Assembly (NCBI RefSeq): GCF_009914755.1
Contig: NC_060947.1
DNA: 64,000 bases
Strand: one strand, 5' to 3'
Source of the DNA: the human T2T-CHM13v2.0 reference genome, Homo sapiens
Both the position numbers and the translations under genes were made by a program. A model generated the notes under the pieces. That model made no database searches, was not told the origin of the DNA, and saw only the letters and a program-made list of their open reading frames with translations. Shown in pieces: positions 1-11,539 of the stretch (positions are counted from its first letter, which is position 1; each line of letters begins with the position of its first letter).

Positions 1-254
1 ACTTAAAAATGTTCCTGTGAGAAATATACTGCCTTGCCTAACTTCTCTTTTCAGCTTAAATTATACCATCCCCAGCCACACTCAGAAGCGGTCAGTCTTA
101 ATACCATGTCACTCTGCCTTTCCTCTCTCCTCATCACAAAGTAAATTGAACCAAGGGAGTACTTCTGCCTGACCCAAAGGAAACCAGTCCATGTGGCTTC
201 TGTGGGGCTCAACCTGGTTACAGGGGTGTAAAGATTTGGCAAACAGACTAGCTC

Positions 255-695
255 ATCTGCTTGGCTACAGTGATTGGTTCAGTCTTAATTTAGGGCCCCA
301 GCCAGGACAATCATAGTCCTCTCTAGGGTTTTTCTTCCAGAAGGTTGAGGAGAGACTATTATTTTTACTCTGATGGTTGAGCTGGCAGCATTTAAGGGAA
401 GAGCTGATAGTGGCTATTTTGATGCTATCAGATGAGAACCTAAGGATTAATTCTGGCAGATGCAAGAAGTATGGTGAAGAAGCAGGAAGGTGGGAGGGAA
501 GAAGGGAGAGACAGAGGAAAGAGAATGAGAGGGCACTGAAAATAGTGCCTGAACTCCTGGTATGCAGCCCTGCTAAAGCTAACTCTATCCCCTGGTTTTG
601 ACAGGTGCTAGTCCAATAAATGCCCGCTTCTCTTTTTCTTAAACTGGTTTGAGTTAGGTTTCTATCACCTCTAACAGACAGTCTTGAAGAATCCA
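255..695 (+). mobile_element. Ancient MaLR LTR (MLT1J/K-like)
   Basis: ttggctacagtgattggttcag motif near 260; typical MLT1 3' end AATAAA...cttaaactggtttgagttaggtttctatcac at ~615-670. Confidence 0.6.
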
Positions 696-934
696 GAAGG
701 ACCACTGGGGTAGAGAGGAGGCAGCCCATTGTGGGGACTAGGTCTTCTTTATTGGCACAGAGCTCAGCTCCTTAAAATACAAGAGAGAAAGCCTGCATAG
801 ATTCCTCTGAAAGCAGAAAGTAAATTGTAAAATCATGAAGGAAACCAAAGCAAAACATATCAGGCCTAATTCAATTTACGTTATTAGGTAAAGGTTTTTA
901 TAAGACTTTTAAGACTTGCTGTAATTTCATAATG

Positions 935-1155
935 TCAGTGGTAGGTACTGCTCAAAGTAAACTGCATGGATTCAAATCCCACCTTCAGTATTTACTAACT
1001 GTGAATATTAACCTCTCTGAATAGTAGCCTCATCTCTAAAATAGGGATAAAAGTAGTGCCTATCTCATGCAGTTGTTGCAAGAAATAAATGACTTAATTT
1101 ATGCAAAGCTTTTAGAAGAGTGTTCAAGAAACACACAATAAGTGAAACTGTTATT
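935..1155 (+). mobile_element. MIR SINE
   Basis: ttcaaatcccaccttcagtatttactaactgtg...aacctctctga...cctcatctctaaaatagggataa...aaatgacttaatttatgcaaagc MIR core. Confidence 0.8.
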
Positions 1156-1504
1156 ATGAGCTGTTTTTATTTCTCACATTTGTTACCTTGATTTGTAAGA
1201 GCGATGGTGTATTTGTGTAGGCTCAAGAAGGTGGGATGATGAACAACACAGGTGAACAAATCCCTAAGGTTTCTGGGAAAGAGGAAGCAGGTAAACTATA
1301 AGTGAACCAGAACTCATAAATATCCCTGGGTGTTCATTCTGGCTTAAGGTATTTGGGAATCAGGTATCTATAATGTACAGGTAAAGACATTGAGGACTAG
1401 AGACTGATGTGCTCCAGGCCCATCAGAAGTTACAGGCAGAGCTGAGACTTGAGCCCAGATCTTGTGATCTTAATTGGGCCCCCTTTCCAGGTCACCATAG
1501 TGTG

Positions 1505-1594
1505 AGCAATGTGAAGGCAGGGACTGTATTTGTTATCCTGAGGGTTTGAAGAAATTTAAATGGAATGAATAAATGAATGAATGAATGAATGAAT
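1505..1594 (+). mobile_element. L2 3' end with (TGAA)n tail
   Basis: tgaaggcagggactgt motif followed by gaatgaataaatgaatgaatgaatgaatgaat. Confidence 0.6.
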
Positions 1595-1610
1595 CCGGTC
1601 CAAAATGACT

Positions 1611-2112
1611 CTTCTGGTCACTAATGGTATTTAACAAATTACTGCAACGTTGGTGGCTTAAAACAATAACCATTTTATTATGCCCATGGATTTGGGGTGA
1701 GGAATTCATGAAGAGCCCAAGTAGGCAATTTTCATTTGGTTTCTCATGCAGTTACAGTCAAATGACGTCTTGATTCATTTGGATGTTCAAGATTGCTTAG
1801 TCATGTTACTGGCAGTTGGATAACGGTTGTTTGCTGTGAGCTCAACTGAGGCATCTGAAGCATCTATACACGGCCTGTTCATGTTGGACTTCTTACAGGA
1901 TGGCTCAGGACTCCGAGCAAAAGTGTTGCAGTGGCGAAGTGGAAGCTACCTTTCCTTTTCTGACCTACCCTTAGAAGTCACATAACATTACTTCTACTGT
2001 ATTCTGTTGGGTACAAGTGAATTGCAAGCTTGCAAGCGGAGAGGACATAGATTGCACCACTGAATAGGTAGGGTGTCAAAGAATTTAGGGCCATAAAAAT
2101 GAAACTTCCACA
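1611..2112 (-). mobile_element. MaLR LTR (MLT1F/G/H-like)
   Basis: taacaaattactgcaacgttggtggcttaaaacaataaccattttatt (reverse of the MLT1 3' end); ccttagaagtcacataacattacttc motif; ends ...ccaca. Confidence 0.7.
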
Positions 2113-3573
2113 ATGACCTTCATTATATTTGTAAGTTATATCCATGTAAATAGACTCTGCAAGGGTGAGACTTGATGCTGGTCCTGTCCCAGGTTACCTG
2201 ATATTCCTCAGAACATGAGTCACGGAGGTGCCACCTGTTTTGCTTACTGGCCATGGCTACACACCCTCTTTCTGCTGCTGCTTATTTGTATCTCAAGCCA
2301 CCAGTAGGATATTATTCTTGCCTCTGTGTGACATGATTCTTACTCTTTGCACCATGCCCATATCCATTCTCCTGTTTCTCTCTTTCCCTGGAAGTCAGGC
2401 TACACCCTTTGCAGCAGCTCTTCCTGAGTGAGGCTGTCGCGAGCCCATTTTCCCATCAGAAACCACTCTGAGAGTTCCACTTAGCTCAGGGCAATGCACA
2501 CCACTTTGGTGTCACTCCTGATTTCACTGCCTACAGTTCAAAGGTTCTCTAGATTAAGTCCCTTTGGTTTAGAAAAATATCCTTGCTAAAGTCTCTTTAA
2601 TGGAGGATGAACTGGTGAGGTGTAGGAGTGATCCGTGCTACTAACAAAAATGAGACAAAGTCCTGAAAATGTTTGCGCTTTTCCTGCAGAAACCCTTCCT
2701 AGGGGACATAAGGGTCACCAAACAATGGTTTCTGAAGATGATGCTGCTGATTCTGAATCTAGTAATTTTTCCAGGAACCACCTAGAAATAAAACATAACC
2801 CTGAAACTTTTACTGTAGTAAAAATTTTAAAGCAAATCAAAACACAAGGAATACAATATGCAGATCAATGCAATGAATCTCTATATTGCTATATTTAATA
2901 TTTTCATTTTTGAAGGGGTTTGGTTCACTGCCAAAATAATCTGAAACGCTAGAATCCCATTAGTCATTAAGAACTAATTAGGTGGGAAGTTGTCAATTTG
3001 TAAGCTAATTTGGGGCATATAAGAGAAAAATAAACTGAATTATTTTAAGGGACCACAAGCATCTCTCACACTTCTAAGTATAATTATGCCACAACCAGCA
3101 TAGATAATGCTGCCCAAAATGGAACTTTAAGATAAGACTAAACACAACCTTTTAAGCCCTAAGGAAAATATTTATGAACAGTCTAAAAGAATAATAATGC
3201 TAATTTATAAGGTAAATTGGGAAATGAGAGTCAAAGGAATATTATGTTCAAACTATATGTTATGGTTAGAGTGTCCCTGAAGCTTAGAAGAAAAAAAAAA
3301 AATCATGAAATTAGAAAGCTAGTCCTAAGGAATTGAAAAATGCAGTAATTATCTTGGTTGTGGTTAAGGGTACAGGTAATTCATTTTAAGTAACAAACAA
3401 ACAAACTGTATTTTACTTCCTGAAATCTCACAGAAAAGCAATTTCAGTAAGATGAAAAACACCAAATTGAAAAAATGGTTGATTTGGCTTTCTTCGTCAC
3501 CTCACGGACCAAATCAAAGAGACTGTAGAACTAATTGCCCCAATTGTGAAAAAATGAACTAGCCAAGAGAAAT

Positions 3574-3834
3574 GAGTCCTCCCGAAGCAAATTCAGAAAC
3601 AAACTAAAATTGGTGTATATTTTTCTTAATTCTTTTTCATTTGAGAACAAAGAACCTATATTGCTCAGATTAAAAAAAAAAAACAGAGCAAATTCAGGGG
3701 TCATAGAGTCCTGCCAAAGCAAATTCAGAAACTAAAATTGGTGTATATTTTTCTTAATTCTATTTCATTTGAAAACAAAGAACCTATATTGCTCAGATTA
3801 AAAAAAAAGAAGCAGAGAGAATTCAGGAGTCATA
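3574..3834. repeat. Two-copy tandem duplication, ~130-bp unit
   Basis: Copy 1 (3574-3705) and copy 2 (3706-3834) both read gagtcct..agcaaattcagaaac..aaaattggtgtatatttttcttaattc..aacaaagaacctatattgctcagatt(A)n..aattcagg.gtcata. Confidence 0.95.
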
Positions 3835-4904
3835 ACTGAACTGAAGGTTTGATAGAATCAGGGTGGGTCATTGAAGATGGTATACCTGGGATAAGATACT
3901 TGGAAGTCTGTGTTGGGTGTGTCCTTTTGTCTCTGACAGAACAACATGCAGTATGCTTCATGGTGGGAAGGCCTGTAGCTTTCCTAACTCTTGCTGGCTG
4001 CCTTGTGTTAGCAAATAATTAAGAGTCATTACTATAAGATGTGACACTGTTATTAAGAATTTCAGAAGTTAGAGACTTCCCATAAATGTCAAAGGGAGAA
4101 AAACTTACCATTGGGTAGTGACAATTCTGGTCCTTTTTGGAAGATATAATATGTTCAAGAGGTTATAGATGCTGCTTCACATGAACTTAAATTGATCCAT
4201 TTGCCAGTTGAGGCACGTGTTAAAAGAGGCCATGCAAAAGGTTGGCTGTGGAGGATCAGGCCTATACTGCTTGTTCAACGCTGTGGGGCTGACCCCTGAA
4301 GATTCCCCTTGCCTGCTCCTGCTCCCTCTCTGACAGCCCGAGTGGAGGGGCTGAGCTGTGTGGTATGGTAATTCTGGGCTCCTTGGGACCTCTTAAGAAC
4401 CTAAAGCAAGTTAAAGAGAGCCTCCCCAGAACCCGTGTCCTTTTAGGGACCAAGCAGAGTATGTCCCATGGCATTTTGAGTGTTTTGTTTTTGCCTCTAA
4501 TTTATTTTAAGAATCTGTTTACACAGGAAGTTCTCTTAAATAACTGACATCCAGCTAACAAGAATACTTGCTTATAGAAATGGCAGCTAGCTCATCTTGT
4601 TCTACTTGTTTTAGGCTCTCTTTCTCCAGTAAAATATCTTGAAGCTTATTTTTGGAGAATTTGAAGTTTAATTTTGGAGTATTTGTGGGCTCACAGGTAA
4701 AGGAAGGAAGGAAGCTGGAAAAGAGGTTATATTCTAAGGCAGGAATGAGTAGTACTTCTCTCCTACCATCTTTCTCTCCTGCTGCTCATTTTTACTTTTT
4801 TTGTCCAACTTTGAAGTTGACAGGTAAACATTTGGGGAGCACAGATAGTATTGATTTCGAACTCAAACTTCTCTGGACTCTAGTTATATAGCTCTAACTC
4901 CTAT

Positions 4905-6290
4905 ACCATACCTCTATTTGGACAGATCAAAGGCACCTCAAATGCCACACTTCCAATGCAAAAATCATAGTTTATTTCTCCCCCAACAGCCACTCTTACT
5001 GCTCTTCCTACTGAACTTTCATACAGCAACCAAAGTCAGCCTTTAAATATGTAAATTGCTGATTTCTTTGAGCAGTGTTTTCTAATTCTGATTGTAGAGA
5101 TCTTTTAGCTCCCTAGTTAGCTGTATTCCTAGGTATTTTATTCTTTTTGTGGCAATTGTGAATGGGATTGCATTCCTGATTTGACTTTCGGCTTGACTGT
5201 TGTTGGTGTTTAGGAATGCTAGTGATTTTTGTACATTGATTTTCTATCCTTAGACTTTGCTAAAGTTGTTTATCAGCTGAAGGAGTTTTTGGGACAAGAC
5301 TATGGGGTTTTCTAGATATAGCGTCATGTCATCTGCAAACAGGGATAATTTGACTTCCTCTCTTCCGATCTGAATGTTCTTTCTTTCTTTATCTTGCCTG
5401 ATTGCTCTGGCCAGGACTTCCAATACTATGTTGAATAGGAGTGGTGTGAGAGGGCATCCTTATCTTGTGCTGATTTTCAAAGGGAATGCTTCCAACTTTT
5501 TCTCATTCAGTATGATGTTGGCTGTGGGTTTGTCACAGGTGGCTCTCATTATGTTGAGGTATATTCGTTCAGTACCTAGTTTATTGACAGTTTTTAACAT
5601 GACGGTTGTTGCATTTTATTGAAAGCCTTTTCTGCAAATACCGTTCGACCCGGCAATTCCTTACTGGGCATATACCCAGAGGAATATAAATCATTCTTTC
5701 ATAATGACACAGGCACATATATGTTTATTGCAGCACTATTCACAATAGCAAAGACATGGAATCAGCCTAAATGCCCATCAATGGTACAATGAATAAAGAA
5801 AATGTGGTACATATATACCATGGAATACTATGTAGCCATAAAAAAAACAAGATCCTGTCCTTTACAGGAATATGGATGGAGCTGGAGGCCATTATCCTTA
5901 GCAAACTAACACAGTGACAGAAAACCAAATACCGGACGTTCTCACTTATAAGTGAGGGCTAAATGATGAGAGCACATGGACATATTGAGGGGAACAACAC
6001 ACACTGCAGCCTACCTGAGGGTGGAGGTTAGGAGGAGGGAGGGAACCAGGAAAAATGATTGATGCGTACTAGGCTTAATACCTGGGTGATGAAATAATCT
6101 GTACAACAAAGCCCCATGACACAAGTGTACCTATGTAACAAACCTGCACATTACCCCAAACTTAAAATAAAAGTTCAAAAATAAAATCAAAAGAGGGAAA
6201 AATATATGTAAATCAGAGCATGTCCTTGGTCTGCCTAAAACCCTTGGATGGCTTTCAATGGCTCTAAGAATAAAGATCCAAATCTATTTT
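4905..6290 (+). mobile_element. L2 fragment split by an L1 insertion (pieces ~4905-5056 and ~6204-6290)
   Basis: ggcacctcaaat...acagcaaccaaagtcagcctttaaatatgtaaat continues as cagagcatgtcc..ctgcctaaaacccttggatggctttc, a typical L2 3' region. Confidence 0.6.
5057..6203 (+). mobile_element. 5'-inverted, truncated L1 (L1PA13-16-like): inverted ORF2 piece 5057-5636, forward 3' end 5637-6203
   Basis: Antisense ORF2 sequence switches at ..ttttctgc|aaataccgttcgaccc to the sense 3' end with 3'UTR and A-rich tail; TSD atatgtaaat at 5047-5056 and 6204-6213; cttt/aaa endonuclease-type site. Confidence 0.9.
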
Positions 6291-6302
6291 AAAAAGTCTC
6301 TT

Positions 6303-6447
6303 GGCCGGGTGTGGTGGCTCATGCCTATAATCATCCCAGCACTTTGAGAGGCCGAGGTGGGTGGATCACTTGAGGTCAGGAGTTTGAGACCAGCCTGGCC
6401 AACATGGTGAAACCCCATCTCTACTAAATATACAAAAATTAGCCAGC
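6303..6447 (+). mobile_element. AluS left arm only (truncated just after the A-rich linker)
   Basis: ggccgggtgtggtggctcatgcc...gaggtcaggagtttgagaccagcctggccaacatgg...tacaaaaattagcc. Confidence 0.9.
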
Positions 6448-6488
6448 TGTGAATCTGTCTGATCCTGGGTTTTTTTTTGGTTGATAGG

Positions 6489-6583
6489 TGTATTAGTCAG
6501 GGTTCTCTAGAGGGACAGAACTAATGGAATATATAGATATTATATATAGATATATATTATATATTTTATATAATATATATATA
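6489..6583 (-). mobile_element. MLT2A (ERVL LTR) terminal fragment plus (TA)n
   Basis: tgtattagtcagggttctctagagggacagaactaatgga is the MLT2A terminus, followed by a degenerate (TA)n. Confidence 0.8.
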
Positions 6584-9208
6584 GGTCCAGACAGATTCAC
6601 AGCTGAATTCTACCAGATGTACGAAGAAGAGCTGGTACCATTCCTACTGAAACTATTCCAACAAATTGAAAAGGAGGGACTGCTTCCTAACTCATTCTAT
6701 GATGCCAGCATCATCCTGATACAAAAACCTGGCAGAGACACAACAGAAAAGAAAGCTTCAGGCCAATATCCTTCAGGCTAATATCCTTGATGAACATCGA
6801 TGCAAAAGTCCTCAACAAAATACTGGGAAACTGAATCCAGCCGAACATCAAAAAGCTTATACACCATGAACAAGTAGGCTTCACCCCCAGGATGCAAGGA
6901 TGGTTCAACGTACACAAATCAATAAATATGATTCATCACAGAAGCGGAACTAAAGACAAAGCCCTATGATTATCTCAATAGATGCAGAAAAGGCTTTCAA
7001 TAAAATTCAACATTCCTTCATGTTAAAAACTCTCAATAAACTAGGCATTAAAGGAACATACCTCAAAATAATAAAAGCTACATATGACAAACCCACAGCC
7101 AATATCATACTGAATGGCCAAAAGCTGGAAGCATTCTCTTTGAAACCTGGCACAAGACAACGATGTTTTCTCTCACCGCTCCTATTCGACATATAGTATT
7201 GAAATTTCTGGCCAGGGCAATCAGGAAAAAAGAAATAAAGGACATTCAAATAGGAAGAGAGGAAGTTAAACTATTTTTGTTTGCAGACAACATAATACTA
7301 TATCTAGAAAACCCCATTGTATCAGCCTAAAAGCTTTTAAATCTGAAAAACAACTTCAGCAAAGTCTCAGAATACAAAACTATTGTACAAAATCTGCTAG
7401 CATACCTATACACCAACAACAGTCAAGCAGATAGCCAAATCGGGAATGCATTCCCATTCACAATTGCCATAAAAAGAATAAAATACCTAGGAATACAGCT
7501 AACAAGGGAGGTGAAAGATCTCTACATGGTGAACCACTGCTCAAAGAAATCAGAGATGACACAAAGAAATGGACAAACATTTTATACTCATGGATAGAAA
7601 GAATCAATGTCTGTAAAATGACCATACTGCCCAAAGCAATTTATAGATTCAATGCTGTTTTCATTAAACTACCATTGATATTCTTCACAGAACTAGAGAA
7701 AATAATTTTATAATTCATATGGAACCAAAAAAGAGCCTGAATAACCAAGGCAATCCTAAGCAAAAAGAACAAAGCTGGAGGCATCACACTATCCGACTTC
7801 AAACTATCCTACATGACTACAGTAACCAAAGCAGTATGGTACTGGTACAAAAGCAGACAAATAGACCAATGGAGCAGAATACAAAGCCCAGGAATAAGAC
7901 CACACACCTACAACCATCTGATCTTCAACACACCTGACAAAAATAAGCAATGGGGAAAGGAATCCCTATTCAATAAATGATGCTGGGATAACTGGCTAGC
8001 CATATGCAGAAAATTGAAACTAGACCCTTTCCTTACACCATGTACAAAAATAAACTTAAATGTAAAACACAAAACTATAAAAACCCTGGAAGACAACCTA
8101 GGCAATACCATCTGGATATAGAAACGGGCAAAAATTTCAAGTCAAAGACGTCAAAAGCAGCTGCAACAAAAGCAAAGACCTATAGACAGAAATACCAAAA
8201 AGCAAAAATTGACAAATGGGATCCAATTAAACAGCTTCTGCACAGCAAAAGAAACTATCAACAGATTGAACAGACTACATAGAATGGGATAAAATTTTTG
8301 CAAACTATGCATCTGACAAAGGCCTAATATCCAGTATCTATAGGAAACTTAAACAAATTTACAAGAAAAAAACAAACAGCCCCATTGAAGAGTGGGCAAA
8401 GAACATGAACAGACACTTTTCAAAAGAAGACATAGATGTGGCCAACAAGCATATGAAAAGAAACTCAACATCACTGATCATTAGATACATGCAAATCAAA
8501 ACCACAGTGAGATACCATCTCACACCAATCAGAATGGCTATTAATAAAAAGTCAAAAGATAACAAATGTTGGCAAAATTGTGGAGAAAAAGGAATGCTTA
8601 TACACTGTTAGTGGAGTGTAAAGTAGTTCAACCATTGTGGAAAACAGTGTGGTGATTCCTCAAAGACCTATAGACAGAAATACCATTCAACCCAGCAATT
8701 CCATTACTGGATATATACCCAAAGTTATGTAAGTCTTTCTGTTATAAGGACACATGCACATTATTCACAGCAGCAAAGACATAGAATCAACCTAAATGCC
8801 ATCAATGGTAGACTGGATAAAGAAAATGTGTATATATACACCATGGAATACTATGCAGCTGTAAACAATAATGAGCTCATGTCCTTTGCAGGGATATGGA
8901 TAGAGCTGATGACCATTATCCTTAGAAATCTAACGCCAGAGCAGAAAACCAAATACTGCATGTTCTCACTTATAAGTGAGCTAAACGATGAGAACTCATG
9001 GACACATAGAGGGGAACAATGCACACTGGGGCCTCTCAGAGCGTGGAAGGTGGGAGGAGGGAGAGGATCAGGAAAAATAACTAATGGACACCAGGCTTAA
9101 TACCTGGGTAATGAAATAATCTGTATAACAAACCCCCATGATACACATTTACCTAAGTAAAAAACTTGCATATCCTGCACACCTCTGAACTTAAAAGTTT
9201 AAAAAAAG
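6584..9208 (+). mobile_element. L1 3' 2.6 kb (L1PA13-16-like), ORF2 RT/C-terminal remnants with stops and frameshifts
   Basis: ORF fragments [40 protein letters not shown]; 3'UTR aataatctgtataacaaacccccatga; short A tail at ~9200. Confidence 0.95.
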
Positions 9209-9269
9209 ATTGTTACTTATGAGTTTAATGCCATACATACAGTAAGCACTAAGCAAAACACTCAATATC

Positions 9270-9390
9270 GAACACTTAGTTCCTTGTAGTTGGCAAAGCA
9301 TTTTCTCATGCACTAACTCATTGATCCTCATAATAATCCTGTAAGGTAAATATTATTAACTCCAACTTTACAAGTTAGGAAGTAGATTTT
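9270..9390 (-). mobile_element. MIR fragment
   Basis: aactcattgatcctcataataatcctgtaaggtaaatattattaactccaactttaca. Confidence 0.65.
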
Positions 9391-10334
9391 CATATTGTTA
9401 ATGGGCTAAAGGATGGTGTGGAATTGGGGGTTGATATGTGGAAACCCCAATAGGAAGCAATGAGAGGCTGGCAAACTGAACTAGCTGCAGAGTATGGCCT
9501 CAACAAGAAACCTGAGCAGGTTGATCTCAGGGGCTGACAGGAAGATCAAGTTTGGGCTTTAGCCAATATTCAGAATCAAGGGAGAGACTGCTCCAGCAGA
9601 TAGATCACAATGAAGAAGGACACTGAGCTATTCTGTAATATTCAGCAGAGAATCCCAGGCAGGAACTCAGTGCCATGGACTGGTTCAACACAGGAAACAG
9701 AGAAATGTCCATTGGTGCTGTCAATTCTAGTTACCACCCATGGGAATGCTGAGGTTCCTGTTATGTATCCTGCCTTTGTCCCATTGACTGGCCTGTGTGT
9801 GGGTACTTTCAGTAGTAGGGACAGGGATAATGAGAGCAAGAGGCATTAGGCAGGGGTGAACCTGGGGGAGCAATTCTTTGTCTTTTTACTTCATAACCTA
9901 TGCAATTTCTACTGTACCTCACTGGCTGCCATGGATAAGAGAAGAAAATTAAGGAGAGGCAAAGAGACAAAAGTCAAATGACCAATTGGTGTGTGGAAAG
10001 ATGGGTATATTAACTAGAATTAACGGTAACTTGTGAAGAAAGAAAGAAAGATGAGTGTAATCAATAATGGCTTCACAGTGCAAATGAGTTTTTAACTTAT
10101 TCTCAAAGGAAACAGATCATGTAGCCTGACATTTGCTGTGACCCTTAATACAGTTAAATGACAACATTAATTGTCCTGAAGCCCAGTTATATATTTTATC
10201 ATCTTCTCCAAGGAAATCAGTTTGGTCTACTTTCTTCCAATCTTCTCCTCGTAGTATCTATTCTTAATTCCAAAGACTGAGTGAAGGAAATGATCCTGCC
10301 TTCCATTTCTCATGGATATAAGAACTGTTTAGAG

Positions 10335-10644
10335 CTGCGTTTTTCAGTATGGTAGCCATTAGTTACATTTGGCTATTGAGTGCTTGAAATCTGGATACTC
10401 TTAATTGAGATGTGCACTAAATGTAAAATTTGCACTGGGTTTGAAGACTTGAGGTGAAAAAAATGTAAAATCTCATTAATAAGTTTTATGTTGATGGCAT
10501 TTTGAGATAACTATTTTGGATATATTGGATTAAATAAAAATATTAAAATTAATCCCACCTTTTTTCTTAATTTTTAAAATGTGGCTACAATAAAATTTAA
10601 AATCACATATGTGATTCACATTATATTTCTATTGGACAGTGCTT
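10335..10644 (-). mobile_element. MER33 (hAT-Charlie MITE)
   Basis: ggtagccattagttacatttggctattgagtgcttgaaat...cacattatatttctattggacagtgc; ~310 bp. Confidence 0.85.
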
Positions 10645-11539
10645 TTTTAGAGAGAAGTGCCAGATTCCTAAAGGATTGCTCCCTTTCAGACTTTGCCAAA
10701 TGATTCTCTCCCCTCTAGGCCAGTTTTAACAAGTCAAATAATACAGATTTCATAATTGGAAGGAAGGCTGCAAGTCATTTGGAAATTACGTGATGAAGCT
10801 GCAATGGGATCATAACTCCTGCATGACAATTTGCTTTTCTGAGCCTTTCTTATTCCAAATGGAAAAGTCACTGCTCTGTTCTCTCTTCTAGCTAATTTAC
10901 ATCTTATTTTCTTTCTGTCAGAAGTGTCATTTCCTGTGATTGATGAAACCATCTTTGCTAAGTGCAAAAACAAGGCCACCACGTTATTAAAACTGGATTC
11001 ACTACAAATATTTTCATCCTGTGGATTGGGAAGAATTCATATAGTTGCTTGGAAACCCTTTTAAAAATTGCAATGTTTAGTTACTTTCAGAAATTTGAAG
11101 TCAGGATTACAGGAGCAAAAAATATCACTACCTTTACAAATATGAAAAAAAGGAGACATTATCTGGCAGAATGATTTTCCTTTAATCCTAAATCATAGCT
11201 ATACATTGCCTCTGAATTGGCCATTTTTTTGATTCAAGGGTTTTAGGGCCATCTTAATGTTGGGCTTCTGTACAGTTAATTAGATTGACAATGCAATGGA
11301 TTTTATTCACTTAGAAAATAATTGATTTGGTCTTTAGAGATGATTTTTTGCAATTCTGCAGTCTTCGTTTTATGAACACAGCTGAGTCTGTAACAGCAAT
11401 GTCGGAACTTTATAATGATTACTTCAAAATAAGGAAGACATGTTAAACAAAAGGAAACAGACCCTTTCTCTTTAAGAGGCAACTGGGACAAATTGCACAG
11501 TTGTATTTACTCCCATGATGCCTTTTTCCTGTTTTGCTT

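Noticed and set aside
265-729. 154-aa minus-strand ORF and overlapping 74-aa plus-strand ORF
   Set aside because: Lie across a decayed MLT1 LTR and low-complexity purine tract; no recognisable protein.
2635-2898. 87-aa ORF with an acidic patch (SEDDAADSES)
   Set aside because: GTG start, no supporting splice structure and no homologue I recognise.
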